Below are positions 37,491 through 49,910 of a stretch of DNA of 64,000 nt, piece by piece. The notes beneath the pieces are model-generated. The model searched no databases. It saw only the letters and a program-made list of their open reading frames with translations, and was not told the origin of the DNA. Position 1 is the stretch's first letter. Each line of letters opens with the position of its first letter. Made by a program: the position numbers and the translations under genes. Origin of the DNA: Heterodontus francisci (taxonomy: Eukaryota); assembly GCF_036365525.1 (NCBI RefSeq), contig NC_090394.1, positions 68,110,741 through 68,174,740 on the forward strand, written 5' to 3'.

Positions 37491-38424
37491 AGTCCCTCTG
37501 ATCCATGATGAAGTGCACGGGATGCAGTGGACTCTGAGGTGACCATGCTAAAACATCCATTGAGGGTGAAGACTGGAACATTTCAATTCTACTGCCAGGA
37601 AGCACATCTGCCTAGAGCTTTTGCCCTCTCCTTGATCACACCCTTGATCTCCTGCCTCTTCCTACTTTTTATGTCACGCCACCAATAGAAGGAGTTTCAG
37701 ATGTGTGCGTTGAAGTGTGATTATTTATAAAATGATAACAAATTGAAATAGTGCATAGAGACAGTAAGAAGACACCACAGTGACCCACTCAGTGCTCCAT
37801 GCGATGCAATGGCCTCTGCACTCGGCCACTCCTATTCGGTTCTCCCCTTGTGGCCTCGGAGGAGGTGGAGGGTATCTGCTCACGGGTCTCTGCCTGCAGC
37901 TGAGATGCATGTGACAATCTTCCTTGGAGGTGCCCGAGGAAGCATACCCAGAGGCTGCTGTAGCTGCATCATTGCAGGAGTAGCCTCCGTCATTTGTCCC
38001 TGCTGCACAGAGGTTCCCACAGTCAGAGGAGCCAAGAGGTCGAGGATAATGAAGGCGCCCCATGAGGGGTGGCACACTCACCCTCTTCTGTGACATCTTC
38101 AGCCCTTGTCTAGCGCTCCGGATGGCTGGAGGGGGCACCAGCTGGGGTGCAACAGGCATCCACGCCAGACATCTCTTCACCAACAGAGCCACTGACTGCT
38201 ACAGGCTACACAGTGCAACATGCATCCTGTGCATGTCAGCGCGCTGTTCCTGCATCCACTCAATGATGCCGCATATGGCTCTCAACATGATTGGCCACAC
38301 TGTCTATGGAAGATCTCATGCACTCATAGTCCTGAGGTATGGATGGACTTCTCCATACTCTGTCCACGACCCTGCACTGCTTCAGGGAACTCAGACATGT
38401 GGGAACACCTCACCTGCTGTTGTT

Positions 38425-39590
38425 CTAGGTAGAGCCTTCTTTCCTGTGACTCCTGAGGCACTGCAGCTGTGCTAAGCCAAGCAGGCTGTGTCTGTCCTCC
38501 CTCCTCTGAGGGGGATTGCCCACATCTATCTCTGTCTCTGGCACCTCCTCCTGCATACTTGCGCCATGCTCATCACCCAGTGCCACCTTATCTAAACGCT
38601 CACCAGGACCCACCGAGCTGAGAGTACCTGCACTGGTGGACAGTGCGCTTGTCAGATGTGATGGTGCTTCCTTGGTCTCCTGAGGTTCCTCTGAAGCAGC
38701 AGGGGGAGGGGAAGAGGGTATCCTCAGGTGGGAGACACAAGAGGAAATCATGAGAACCAGCCTAGGAGAGTGAAAGCCACTGCAGTGCTGAGGCTACCCA
38801 ATGCAACTCAGTGCTCGGCATGCCTCCACATGGGGTGGCTTTCACTGCATCTCACTATTGAACACTTTCCTCTCTGTAATCACCATCTGAACCCATAGGT
38901 TCTCATCTTGCCATCTTGCTCATCTCCTCCATTGGCATCATCCTTTGGTAGTCGGGAACTTCACCACTCGTTGTCACCCTTTCCCGAGCATTATGAGCCA
39001 ATTTTCCCTGCAAGGACAAAAGAGACAGAGATAAGGCACTGGTCTCCTCTGTTGCCAATGTTATCTGCCCCTATCCATTAGAAGCTGCATGTATCAGTGT
39101 GGCAGGTCCTCAGCAGCATTCTGGCTCTGAGCCATTCTGAGGGGTTATTAAAAGCAAAACTGCGGATGCTGAGGGGTTAGTAAGTGCCCTGGGCACACAC
39201 TGCTCTCATGTTCAGGAGCAGCATGTGCTCTGAGGGTCCTCAATTCTGCTAGAGAGTGCATGTGTTGAGACCTGTAATGAGGACTGGGGGGTAGCACTCA
39301 CCTTGCTGCTGCGTATAAGGTCATTGAACCTCTTATGGCATTGGATCCACATTCTTACACTAATGCTTCTGCCGCTGACATTGGCAGCTACCTCAACCCT
39401 GGCGTTTTTAACTTGGTTGGGTGGACTCCTCCTGCCACCCTCCGGGAAGAGGACCTCCCTCCTCTCCCTCACAGCCTCAAGCATCACCTCCAGATGGCTA
39501 TCTGGGAACTGGGGAGTTGCCCTGCTCGGCTGCCAGCCCTCTGGCTTTTCAGTGCCATCTTTGAACACTTCAGTCACTCCAATCCTCACA
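38425..39590 (-). pseudogene. Harbinger Myb/SANT-like DNA-binding protein gene (spliced, degenerate)
   Basis: PQF..LEVMLEAVRERREVLF..VA..V..R.WIQC.KRFNDL; donor AG|GTGAGT at ~39301 and acceptor TTGCAG at ~39008. Confidence 0.8.
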
Positions 39591-41132
39591 GAAGGTCTCC
39601 TGCTTACTTCCTTCAGATTTAAACAGCAGCCACGATAATGGCTGCCATGGCGCCCACCAATTGGCCACCAAACCCAACTCCAATCCAATTAAGGTGTTGT
39701 CCCAGTGAAAATTGTGACTTTAATCTACTCCCCCCCACCGCCCCCCCCCCCTCCCCACAGAGGTGGGTTCAGGACCCAGAAGCTCTGACTTCAGTTTCCC
39801 CCCTCCATTGTGAAATTCACAGTTGAGCCCAATGTTTCAGGTCGATGACCTTTCATCAGAACAGGAAAAAGTTAGAAAAATGTAATAGGTTTTAAACAAG
39901 TGGAAAGGGGCAGGTGGGAAAAAGAACAAAAGAAAAGATGTGTGATAGGGTGGAAGAAAGGAGAAATTAAATGACAAAAGTGTCAATGGCCAAGGCCAAA
40001 GGATAATGGGGACAAGTAAAGAAATAAAAGATGTGCCGAGAGGAGGTGTGAATGGCAGAATGGTGAACAGATGCTGCCTGAAATAAGAAAAAAAGAAAAA
40101 CGAGAGAGAAAATCTAAAACCAGACAAGAAAAAGGAAAGCAGTATCCGCAGTGTTTTGCTTTTGTATTGGAGTTTGATCCTGTTAGTAGCACTTTCTGCA
40201 AATCACTGGAAAACTGGTGGACCTTACTTTAAGTCCTCCCGGTTCAACAGTTGGAACCAGTTTTGATCATTAATTATTCCCAACTTTGCTACAGCTAATG
40301 GTCATCCTACATGATCGGTATTCTTCCATTCCAGCCAATCGATGCCACCTACACTGCTGGATGGATCCAATCACAGATTGTCTTACTTCATCTCGCACCT
40401 TTCTGTAAGCCATCTGGACCTTCCCCATTTGCAATAATTTTGTCAGCATTTGGACACCAAAAGATAGACAGACGCTTTTCGAATGGTGAAAGGGCAAAAC
40501 ACATCCTAATTGCAGATTCCTCGACACACAGTGGAAACAAAACAGTCCCTGGAAATTGCCAGTAATCCGTGCCATCAAAGTTGTGAAGTAACCACCTGTT
40601 CAGTACAAATCAGCACACAGCTTTTGGGGATCGATTTTAGCTCCATCACTTTGGCGATGGTTAAGTATGCCCTTGGGAATGTGGTAAACGCATGCTGTGA
40701 TTTATTTTGTAATTGACAAGCCATAAACAGCTTGAAATCTGTGGTATCATCTTTTCTTGGTAATTCAAAGTACATTAGTCTGATGTATACAGTTCAAAGT
40801 GACAGTGCTATGTATTTTACCGCAATTCAAAACACAAGCAGCAGTCACTTCATTGTTCTTTAAGTAGCTTATCTCATTTTTTCCTCAGGCTATAGTTAGT
40901 GATGGAACAATATGTCTAAGGTTGAGCATCATAGATCTACAACTTTCCTGTAAAAACAAAATCTCATTTAGACATAAATGAATTAAATTGATTATTCTAC
41001 TGGTTTGGTGATCAGAGTAAGGCATGATTAATAGTCTTTTATGATTTTTAATAGCATTTCTGACCATATCTGGGTAAATAGATGAAGTGATGAAGTGCTA
41101 TAATGGCATTAATTTTGCCTACTGTCCTTCAT

Positions 41133-41439
41133 TCAAATTCCTTCCAAACCCGTGACCTCTACCAACTAGAAGGACAAGGGCAGCAAATGTATGGGAACAC
41201 CACCACCTGCAAGTTCCCCTCCAAGTCACACACCATCCTGACTTGGAACTATATCGCCGTTCCTTCACTGTCACTGGATCAAAATCCTGGAACTCCCTTC
41301 CTCACAGCACTGTGGGTGTACCTACCCCAAATGGACTGCAGCGGTTCAAGAAGGCAGCTCACCACCACCTTCTCAAGGGCAATTAGGGATGGGCAATAAA
41401 TGCCAGCGACGCCCACATCCCATGAATGAATAAAAAAAA
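41133..41439 (+). mobile_element. 3' end of the tRNA-headed CR1-group LINE family
   Basis: Homologous to 15040-15320; ends CAAGGGCAATTAGGGATGGGCAATAAATG..CCCATGAATGAATA(A)n. Confidence 0.85.
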
Positions 41440-42074
41440 GTACATGGCAGGAAAGAATCTGAAAAAAAAATGATAATCTTGCAACTTTATGTGAATCATT
41501 GTGGATCCAGACTCATTTCAGGGCCAATACTTGGTTAATGTGCTAAACAGTTACAAATGTAGGAGCTACATAGAAATTCTAATAGCTGGCTCATGTTGAA
41601 TGATTTAATAGACCGAACCATAGATTAATCCCACAATGACGTTCTGTCTGTGACCATGGTGTTCTTAAGTAACCAGAAAATCTCCAGCAATGGTCTCTCC
41701 TTTCATGCCCACATTGTGTGCTCCAGAGTGCCTCAGGTTCCATTCTTTGCACTCTCCTCTTATTTACATTTTGGAGATGTAGGGCCCAAAAATCCTGGGC
41801 CTGTGAGGGCACCATGGGCACATACACTACAGAGGATGAGAGGGATGGAATTTGTGGCAGGGTCCATTCCAACTGGGTCACTGCCCATTTTCTGACCAAT
41901 GATAAAATCCAACAGGAGGTGAGTGGATGCTTCTCCCATCCGTATCTCGTTTGTGCTGACATCAGAGCAGGAGGTGAGACTGGTAGGATGACATCACTGG
42001 CCAAAAATGGCACCATTTCTTCCTCCTTTGCCCAGAATGCAAAGTATGCTTTCATAATGAATATGTATTGCATA

Positions 42075-42432
42075 TGTCTGTTGATTCTGCTTTTCCGATT
42101 TACACCCCCACAAGACCCATCTTTGGTTTCTTTACTTGTCCCATTACCATTCCCTTTTGCCTTGCACCATCATTCCTTTAGTCATTTAATCTCTCCTGCC
42201 TTTCACCCTCTCACAAACCTTCTCTTTTTGTTCTTTCCCCTCAATCCCATTTCCCTGGCTCTGTACTTGCTTAAAATCTGTTACACCTCCTACTTTTTCC
42301 AGTTCTGACGAAAGGCCATAGACCTGAAATATGAATTCTGTTTCTCTCTTCAGAGATGCTCCCTGACCTGCTGAATATTTCCAGCATTTTGTGTTTTTAT
42401 CTCAGATTCCCAGCATTTGCAGTATTGCTTGT
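42075..42432 (+). mobile_element. Penelope-like pLTR remnant with degenerate hammerhead (42301-42337)
   Basis: AGTT-CTGACGA-A-AGGCC..GACCT-GAAA followed by the shared PLE tail. Confidence 0.75.
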
Positions 42433-43135
42433 GCATTGCATTCTGCTGCTGGAAGAGGGGCCCACAATGCCTGTTTTCCAGCAGCAACTGATTGCAGGGA
42501 GATCAATTCTTGTTAGGAAAAAACTGCTGTGGAATGAATTCAATTTCTTTCAATTCCCCAATCTTTAGCCCCTTGAGGCAACAGCAAGGCTGTGCTCTAA
42601 AATTGCTGGCACCCACAGGCAGATGCCCATGGAGCCCTAAATTACATGGGTGCCTGCCAACGTTTTGCAAATTACCCCATTCCTAGGACTTGGATGGAGT
42701 CAAGACTTGTTAAAAGGAAGATAGGTATCGAATGTCTTGCTCTACCGTGCTTTCAATGGGTTCAAATTCTGATGGGTCACTAAACAGGTATGTGATCTGC
42801 TCTACTAGATTACTACCTGGGTAGATTATGGGGACAATTACTTCCTAAGCGTGCCAGGTGACTGCAGGATTTCACTGACAGCTAACTGAGATTCTGGGGC
42901 CTCGGATCTCCTTGCGCTCTGCATTGTTAAGGGCCCTGCATGTGCATTAGAAAGATCTAGAAAAGTGGTGGCTGACTAGGGCTGCCTATTGTCAGCCACC
43001 TCTTCCCATTCCTGATCCACCGAGGAGGGAACTTCAGTCTAGTAAATTGTGTGCCTCCTCTCTGTAGTAGAGCTTGTGGCCTCCTTGTTTGTCATATTGG
43101 TTTCCCTCACTCTGTAATGCCAAATTATACAGCAA

Positions 43136-43256
43136 GTTCTGATGAAAGGTCATCAACCCGAAATGTTAACTCTGTTTCTCTCTCCACAGATGAGTAAATT
43201 CAGCATTCTCTGCTTTTATTTCAGAGTTCTAGCATCCACAGTATTTTGCTTTTGTC
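43136..43256 (+). mobile_element. Minimal PLE insertion: hammerhead motif plus tail
   Basis: GTT-CTGATGA-A-AGGTC..CCC-GAAA-TGTT-AACT; 8-bp TSD TACAGCAA at 43128-43135 and 43257-43264. Confidence 0.8.
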
Positions 43257-44212
43257 TACAGCAATTTTGTTGAAATCACAGATGGCTTTGCCTCACAGTG
43301 ATATTTCAGAGGCTGAACTGCCTCCTAATTGCAGTTGATTGCTGATTTACAGGATTACTTGTCCTCCTTTTTCATTGCTGACCCATTGGAGATATTTCCC
43401 ACACTTAGACCATAACTGAAATAGCAATACTGGGAATAAACCAGCAGAACTCAATCATTCCAGATGTTTTTAGTAACCCAGAGTTTATTTCTGAATAGTT
43501 CATCAACAGTAATTAGTAGGCAATTGGTTTGAATAGCACAGGACTGGAGATTACAACATAAAATATTATATAAATTCTAAAATAAACCCATTAATGGATC
43601 TATTACAAATAGCAGAATGAGAAATTTGACACAACTTCTGATAATATCGCAGTGCATAATATCCAGTTTTAACATTTCTTACAATACCTCAGTTTTAAGC
43701 CTTCCTTTTCTTACTTTTAAGTGTCTTTTTATTTATATCATTCTTGTCCATGGTCTACCTTGTTCACCATTCACAGTCATGAAAAGAATTTGAAGAAAAT
43801 CAGGTCAGTATGTTAAATCCCAATGCTTTGGAATATAATTATTTCTAACCTTTTCCAATAAACCCCCAATTATCTGAGCCCAGAATGCATAACTCAAATC
43901 ATCTCATTCTCTATAAACCTTTTGGTGATTCTTTCTTTATTGAATTCACCACACGTTTCATTTTTGTAATGGTTTCTTTTGATGACAAGATTAATGCCCA
44001 TATTATTACATTCCTATCTGCTGTAATTGAACTATTACTTCTAGTTAGCAAACTGGAGATACTTTCTCTATTAGTAGTTGCCCAACACTCTTAGATCTGT
44101 AATGGTGCCACATTTCAATTGTATATGTGCTGTTGTTTTTATAAATCAATACCTTCAATTGTTGCAATAAATCAATACTTCCTATAAACTGCTATTCATA
44201 GATTTGGTTTGA

Positions 44213-44424
44213 TAAAAACCCATCTGGTTCACTAATGTCCTTTAAGGAAGGAAATCAGCCATCCTTACCTGGTCTGGCCTACATATGACTCCAGACCCAC
44301 AGCAATGTGGTTGACTCTTAAAATGCCCTCTGAAATGGGACAGCAAGCCACTCATTTCAAGGGCAATGAGGGATGGGCAATAAATGCTGGTCTAGCTAGA
44401 GATGCCCACATCCCACAAAAAAAA
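44213..44424 (+). mobile_element. 5'-truncated SINE sharing body and tail with the LINE at 15028-18450
   Basis: Body matches 18135-18280 (minus) and is joined directly to the tail CAAGGGCAAT..GCCCACATCCCA. Confidence 0.85.
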
Positions 44425-44514
44425 CTTATTTACCTTTTTTCTCCTATTCCTTGCTTTCTCCCTGTTTTCCCTGCACTATACATCATTTCCTAGTCAAGAG
44501 GGTGAAATGTCTTC

Positions 44515-44855
44515 TTTATTTTTATTTAGAGATACAGCACTGAAACAGGCCCTTCGGCCCACCGAGTCTGTGCTGACCAACAACCACCCATTTATACTAA
44601 TCCTACATTAATCCCATATTCTCTACCACATCCCCACCATTCTCCTACCACTTACCTACACTAGGGGCAATTTACAATGGCCAAAATACCTATCAACCTG
44701 CAAGTCTTTTGGAGGTGGGAGGAAACCAGAGCACCCGGCGGAAACCCACGCAGACACAGGGATAACTTGCAAACTCCACACAGGCAGTACCCAGAACTGA
44801 ACCCGGAGCTGTGAGGCTGCGGTGCTAACCACTGCGCCGTCCTGGGCTCTGCCCC
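44515..44855 (-). mobile_element. HE1-like V-SINE
   Basis: GGCGCAGTGGTTAGCAC A box, V domain and CR1-type tail; same family as 32867-33204. Confidence 0.85.
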
Positions 44856-44859
44856 TGCA

Positions 44860-45595
44860 AATGACATCCTGTGTCACTACTACCATGCTATCCTTCTTGA
44901 ACGTTAGTGCTCCACAGCTTTTGTTACATTTGAGCACCCCATCCTTTCCACCTCTCAGCAGTCAGCACATCTCCTCCAATTTCTTCTCCTCCTGTCTGCA
45001 GTTGGTTGCCACCAAGCTGAGTTTTAAACCCTACATCATCACCGAGGCTACTTATCTCCACCTCCACAACATAATCAGTTAAGGTCCCTGCGGCACCCTT
45101 GTTGCTGCTGAAATCCAGTTGCATGTGTTTTTCACCTCAAGGCTTGATTTCTCCAATGCTCTCTTCATTAGTCCCCCAAGCTCCACGCTCAATAACTTAC
45201 AACTGCTCCAGAATTCAATGGCCCATATCCGACCCAACCACTCAAAGCGCCACAGATCATGTCCTCAAAGATACGATTAGCTCCCTACATCCCAATGCAT
45301 TAACTGCAAAACCATCATCCTTCTCTTCAGATCCGTCCATGATGTCACTACATCCCACCTGAATCTTCTCCAACTAAGCATGATCCCTCCACTCTTACGA
45401 CTCTGGTCTTCTGTCTCTGGCCCTCTTTCTCCATTCTATCAGGAACACGGGCTTCATACGCATACGCTTCAGCTTTATCAAATTCTCTTCCTAAATCACT
45501 TTACCTGGCTACCTCTTTCCCCACCTTAAATGCCATCCTCAGAAATTAGCCCTTTATTCTGATCTTTGGCCATCTTGCTCAGCTTCTATTCTACC
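44860..45595 (+). mobile_element. Old L2 LINE fragment
   Basis: Degenerate C-terminal motifs (LSFKPYI..YLHLHNI; F.SRLD.SNALL; LQLLQN). Confidence 0.55.
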
Positions 45596-45825
45596 TCCTT
45601 GTAGGTATCCATCATGCCCCCTCCAAAAAAAGCACCTTTGGGCATATTTTGTTATATGGAAAGTATGATATAAAAATAAATTGTTGTTTCAAAGGTGATG
45701 ATATAACCTGAGGTCTGGGAAAAATTTTGTTCCACCTTAAGAAATACATAATAAAAATAACTGGAAGAGAAAATAATAAATAACACACATACACTAGTTT
45801 TGCATAACATGGTCTGAGTGTAGCT

Positions 45826-46350
45826 CAACAACAACAACTGGCATTTATACTATACCTTTAATGTAGAAAAACATCCTAACATGCTTCACAGAACTGTAGT
45901 CAGACAAAAATTTAGGCCGAGCCAAAGAGGGAGATATTTGGAGGAGGTGTCCAAAAGTTTGGTCAAAGCAGTGGGTTTTAATGAGGGTCTTACAGGACGA
46001 GAAGGTGGAGAGGTGGAAAGGTTTAGGAGGGAATTCCAAAGCATAGGGCTTAGGTGGCTGATGACACGGCTGCCAATGGTAGCACAAGGTGAGAGAGCGG
46101 ATGCACAAGGGTGAGAGAATGCAGAGTTTTGGAGGAATTGTAGGGCTGCAGGAGTTTACAGAGATGGGAGGAGTGATGCTTTGAATGGAGTTAAACACGA
46201 GGATGAAAATTTTAAATTGGAGAAGCTGGGGGGACTGGGAGTCAATGTCGGTCAGCAAGGACAGAGGCGATAAGTAAGTGGGACTTGATGCGGGGTAATA
46301 TACAAGCACCAGAGTTTTGGATGATCAAAAGTTTACAGAGATTAGGTTGA
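45826..46350 (-). mobile_element. L2 LINE 3' end
   Basis: FKIFILVF..KTHCFDQTF and tail AAAGGTATAGTATAAATGCCAGTTGTTGTTG. Confidence 0.8.
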
Positions 46351-47174
46351 ACAATCGTTGCTATAAATTGAGATATGTTATAAATTGCTTCATGGCTAGT
46401 ATCAAGAGAATGCTCAACTACTTTAGGCTGGTCTTTAGTGCACATCTATCATCAAAAATGATTAAAACTGGCTTTTGCAAGATTTAGCACGTTACATGGT
46501 GCCCATGGTGACATAAAAATGTAGCTAATGGCCAGTGTGGGTGATTTATCTGACAAAAATTTGTTTTGCAAATTTTCATGTAAAATCCTTAGGCAACTTT
46601 AAGTTGTTACAACTGGTGTTTGGAGGATGTTGCCAAGAAACATCTACAATATGCAGTATAATTACTTTGTTTGTTTAAGCTGCTTCAGACAATGCCATAT
46701 GTTCATCTTGTTTCAATGTTTCACCAGACATACTGAAAATCCCCCTACTCTGGATCATCTGTAAAAGTGCAGAAAGTGCCATGTTTATCTTGAAATCATA
46801 TTTGCCACAATCCACAGAAATGTTTAGTCCGAACTAAATAAAATATTTACTGAAATTGCTAATGAATAATTGATGTGCCAAGTCTGTTGCATTTTTCAGA
46901 CCCCTTGGGGTCAGGAGAAAGGAATGACTTGATATTATACTTGAGTGTTCAGTCAGATAACTGAATGTATTCTTCTACCTTGGTGCTCAACGGCCATTGT
47001 CTAGAACCCCCAACATGCTGCACTTTGAACATGTCATCACTGTCTTCAGCTGCCCATGTTTAAATAACCCAATTAGAGATTTGTGTGGCACAATGTTATA
47101 GCTGTGCACATCTTTTTAAAGTATGGCTCGAATACAGAGTTGGATGAAAAGTACCATCAGCATTTAGAGACAGA

Positions 47175-47929
47175 GGGGGGATTTTACGTGGGTGACAGGG
47201 GTCTTGGCCGTTGACTGATGTGCCGGCGAGATCCCCATATCACCTCCTCTGGGGAAGACCCAGCACATTATGTGCCAATTAGGCACTTAAGTGGACAGCG
47301 ATGGACCTTCCCTGGGATTAAGGACTCCGGCGATGGAAGTCCCGCTTACTGAGAGCAGCCAGCCATTCAGAAGCCACAGCTCTTTTACTGAGCAGTGCCA
47401 CTGCAGAGGCAGTGGCTGCTGCCAGCAGAACACCCACCGGATGGGAGGGACCCAAGCCACAGTTGAGTCAGGGCAGGAGGGGTTCCGCAGGGTGGGAGTC
47501 ATGGGGGAGGAGCTTGTAGGGGAGTCGGCAGCAAGGGCAAGCTCTCAGTGGGCTCCCCCTCCCTTCCCGATGCTAGGTCCCTCAATCAGGCACTGTGAAT
47601 TTTAACGAGAAACCCCCCCCCCCCCACCCGCCGGAGCTGGCAAGCAACCCGCATGTGTTTTCTTGGCATGCACCCTGTATGGTGACAGACCGGCCCGCTG
47701 CTTGGCTAATACCAGCGGCGGCAGGAGGAGACCCTTAATTGGACATTAATTGTCCACCTAAAGGCCTCAATTGTCAGCGGGGCGGAAAGTCCATCCACAG
47801 ATCTTCCTGTCACAGACTTAATTGGGGTGGAGGCGGGAAGGTGGCAGGGTCCACCCCCACCACCATCCAACCCAATTAAATGCTCTCCCTGCCTCCAAAC
47901 TAGCCACGGGGAGAGCATAAAATTATCCC
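47175..47929. mobile_element. Non-autonomous Harbinger-type MITE
   Basis: TIRs GGGGGGATTTTA / TAAAATTATCCC, GC-rich interior with the CCAATTA-type subterminal motifs seen in the 4-kb Harbinger. Confidence 0.7.
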
Positions 47930-48233
47930 TAGAGTTCCCACTCTCAACTTTGTTTTTGTTTTTCTTTCAAAAGAAATGTAAGGCTATATCCTTCTGACTT
48001 GAAAGGTATGTATCATCTATTATATGAAGGATGGCACCATTTGGTACCATAGGGAATGATGAAAATTCATGTCCTTATTTGCATTGCAGCAAACATTATG
48101 GTAACTTAGAGCATGGTAACATTTATGCAAGTTTCTGTGTTTATCAAGAGTCTTTACATTTAGGAACCAAGTTTAAGAAAATTGAAGACTGAATACCAAT
48201 TTTAAGGAAGGAAAGCAATCTTAACATAATACT

Positions 48234-49443
48234 TATTGCTGAAAATAGAGACATTTTCTCAAAGCTTTTCATCTTGCACTCATCAGGACAAATCACAAGA
48301 ATACCAATGTAAAGGAAAGCAACATTTATATTGTATGAGTGCTGATTGGTTGTCAAGTGGACTCTGATTGGTAGAAGTGTTGCTATGGAGAATGCACCAG
48401 TTTATGGTGACTGACAGTTAACTGCCAAGCTTTGTTTGAAATTTAAACCAGGTAGCTTGACTCTGATTGGTCAAGGCCTGAGGAATGAACCAGCAAATGG
48501 CTGTCACTTATTTTTTTTTTTGCTGAAACAGGCACAATGTGTGTACATGCTCTTTCTGTCTGCAAAGAACAGGGTGCTGTGTATTAATGTATGTAGCTTC
48601 CAGTACACGCAAATGCATCATAAAGTGAGCCCAACTGACAATCCTAAATTGGTTGTCAGCATAATTTTTTAGCACATTGAGGATTATTTAGCAAATGTTG
48701 TCCAATCGTGGAATCATATCTAATGTTGGACACTGTTTTTTGAATTTTGCAAGCATGGGCTGGTTGGGTACGGCTTGCACCTTGCCTGTTGCGAACAGCG
48801 GAAGGGACATGTTGTTTGATACGATCCGCCAGTCTTTGCGACCTACGGCCTATATAGCTAGCATCACCCTGGCATTGAAATTCATATATCACATTACTTA
48901 TTTGTGTGATAGGCAGGACGTCTTTTTAGCTTGACGGCAGCATCCTGTTAGTGGCGAACACCATACGTGTTGCTACTGCATAGTAGCAGCGTGAAACAAC
49001 TAGCTTCACCTGTTGCTCAAATTTTTGGGTATATTACCCTTCCAGGGTAATCTGAGGTAGACTGGGCACTTTTCAGGGTCGAAAATGACGGCCTTTGGCC
49101 CGTTCATAAGTTTGCACGATATACAGCAAGAAATGAACTGATCAGGGTAGCCGTCGTCATGCAGGATGCCTTTGATTCGTCCTATTTCAGCATCAAGCTT
49201 GCTTCGTGAGCAAATGACTTGGGCCCTATTGACGAGGTTGCTGATAAGGCCAATCATATAGCACGTGGAACTGTAAGAATCCAACGTGTGTATTGACCAA
49301 TGAAGGTAGAGAACCCCTTAGCAGATTTCTCAACTAGCACGTCAAGGAAAGGCAGCTCATTTGACTGCTCCATTTCAAAGGTCAATTTGAGCGCGGGATG
49401 GAGCCCATTAAGACGTGTAAGGAAATTATTACATGCAGCTGCA
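48234..49443 (-). mobile_element. Penelope retroelement 3' part (RT C-terminus, GIY-YIG endonuclease, pLTR with hammerhead)
   Basis: HPALKLTFEME..LPFLDVLV; LISNLVNRA..ICS; IYEFQC..DASYIGR..RL..RIKQH. Confidence 0.9.
48253..48292 (-). ncRNA. Degenerate minimal hammerhead ribozyme in Penelope pLTR
   Basis: TTTGTC-CTGATGA-GTGCAAGAT-GAAA-AGCTTT-GAGAAA with palindromic AAGCTT stem III; stems partly broken, possibly by CpG decay. Confidence 0.6.
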
Positions 49444-49546
49444 TTTTTATTAAATTTATAAAAATATGATAGACATTACACATTCATTCAAAAGAAAAAT
49501 GACTAACAAATATTATGCAACCCAAACACTTCTAATAGCCTGGATT

Positions 49547-49910
49547 TTTTAAAATTCTTTCATGGGATGTGGGCATCACTGACAAGGCCAGCATTTGTTG
49601 CCCATCCCTAATTACCCTTGATAACTGAGTGGCTTACGAGGCCATTTCAACCACATGTAGGCCAGACCAGGTAAGGATGGCAGATTTCCTTCCTGAAAGG
49701 ACATTAGTGAACTGGATGGGTTTTTACAACAATTGATAATATTTTCATGGCACTATTACTGAGACTAGCTTTCAATTCCAGATTTTTTATTAATTGAATT
49801 TATTAGTTAATTAAATCCCACCAGCTGCCATGTTGGGATTTGAACCTATGTCCCCAGAGCATTAGCCTGGGCCTTTAGCTTACTAGTTCAGTGACATTAC
49901 CAAAACACCC
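49547..49910 (-). mobile_element. Near full-length tRNA-derived SINE made of the head/body and tail of the LINE at 15028-18450
   Basis: B box GGTTCAAATCCC; head matches 18200-18440; direct junction to the LINE 3' tail at ~49620. Confidence 0.85.

Larger units (their letters stand above)
35835..39830. mobile_element. PIF/Harbinger DNA transposon, ~4 kb, degenerate, with both genes
   Basis: Imperfect TIRs (CGGCTGAATTTT / GAAATTCA..AGCCC), TAA target, convergent transposase and Myb/SANT genes. Confidence 0.88.
35770..40175 (-). mobile_element. Penelope-like pLTR remnant split by Harbinger (35770-35834 and 39831-40175)
   Basis: ..CAGAGTTAA at 35834 resumes as TGTTTCAGGTCGATGACCTTTCATCAGAAC at 39833; collinear with 42075-42432. 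Confidence 0.85.

Noticed and set aside
40228-40780. Overlapping 66-102 aa ORFs with possible minus-strand splice sites
   Set aside because: No recognisable domain, weak acceptor, and a stop before the putative donor in every frame checked
41591-42308. 160-aa and 196-aa ORFs
   Set aside because: They span a MITE-like GC-rich remnant and a pyrimidine-rich PLE pLTR; no protein family resemblance
44213-44424. Calling this SINE body the Deu domain
   Set aside because: The Deu-like motif (GTTAAACCGAGG..AAAGATCCCATGGCAC-type) belongs to the other SINE family (12168-12580 etc.); this body is left unnamed
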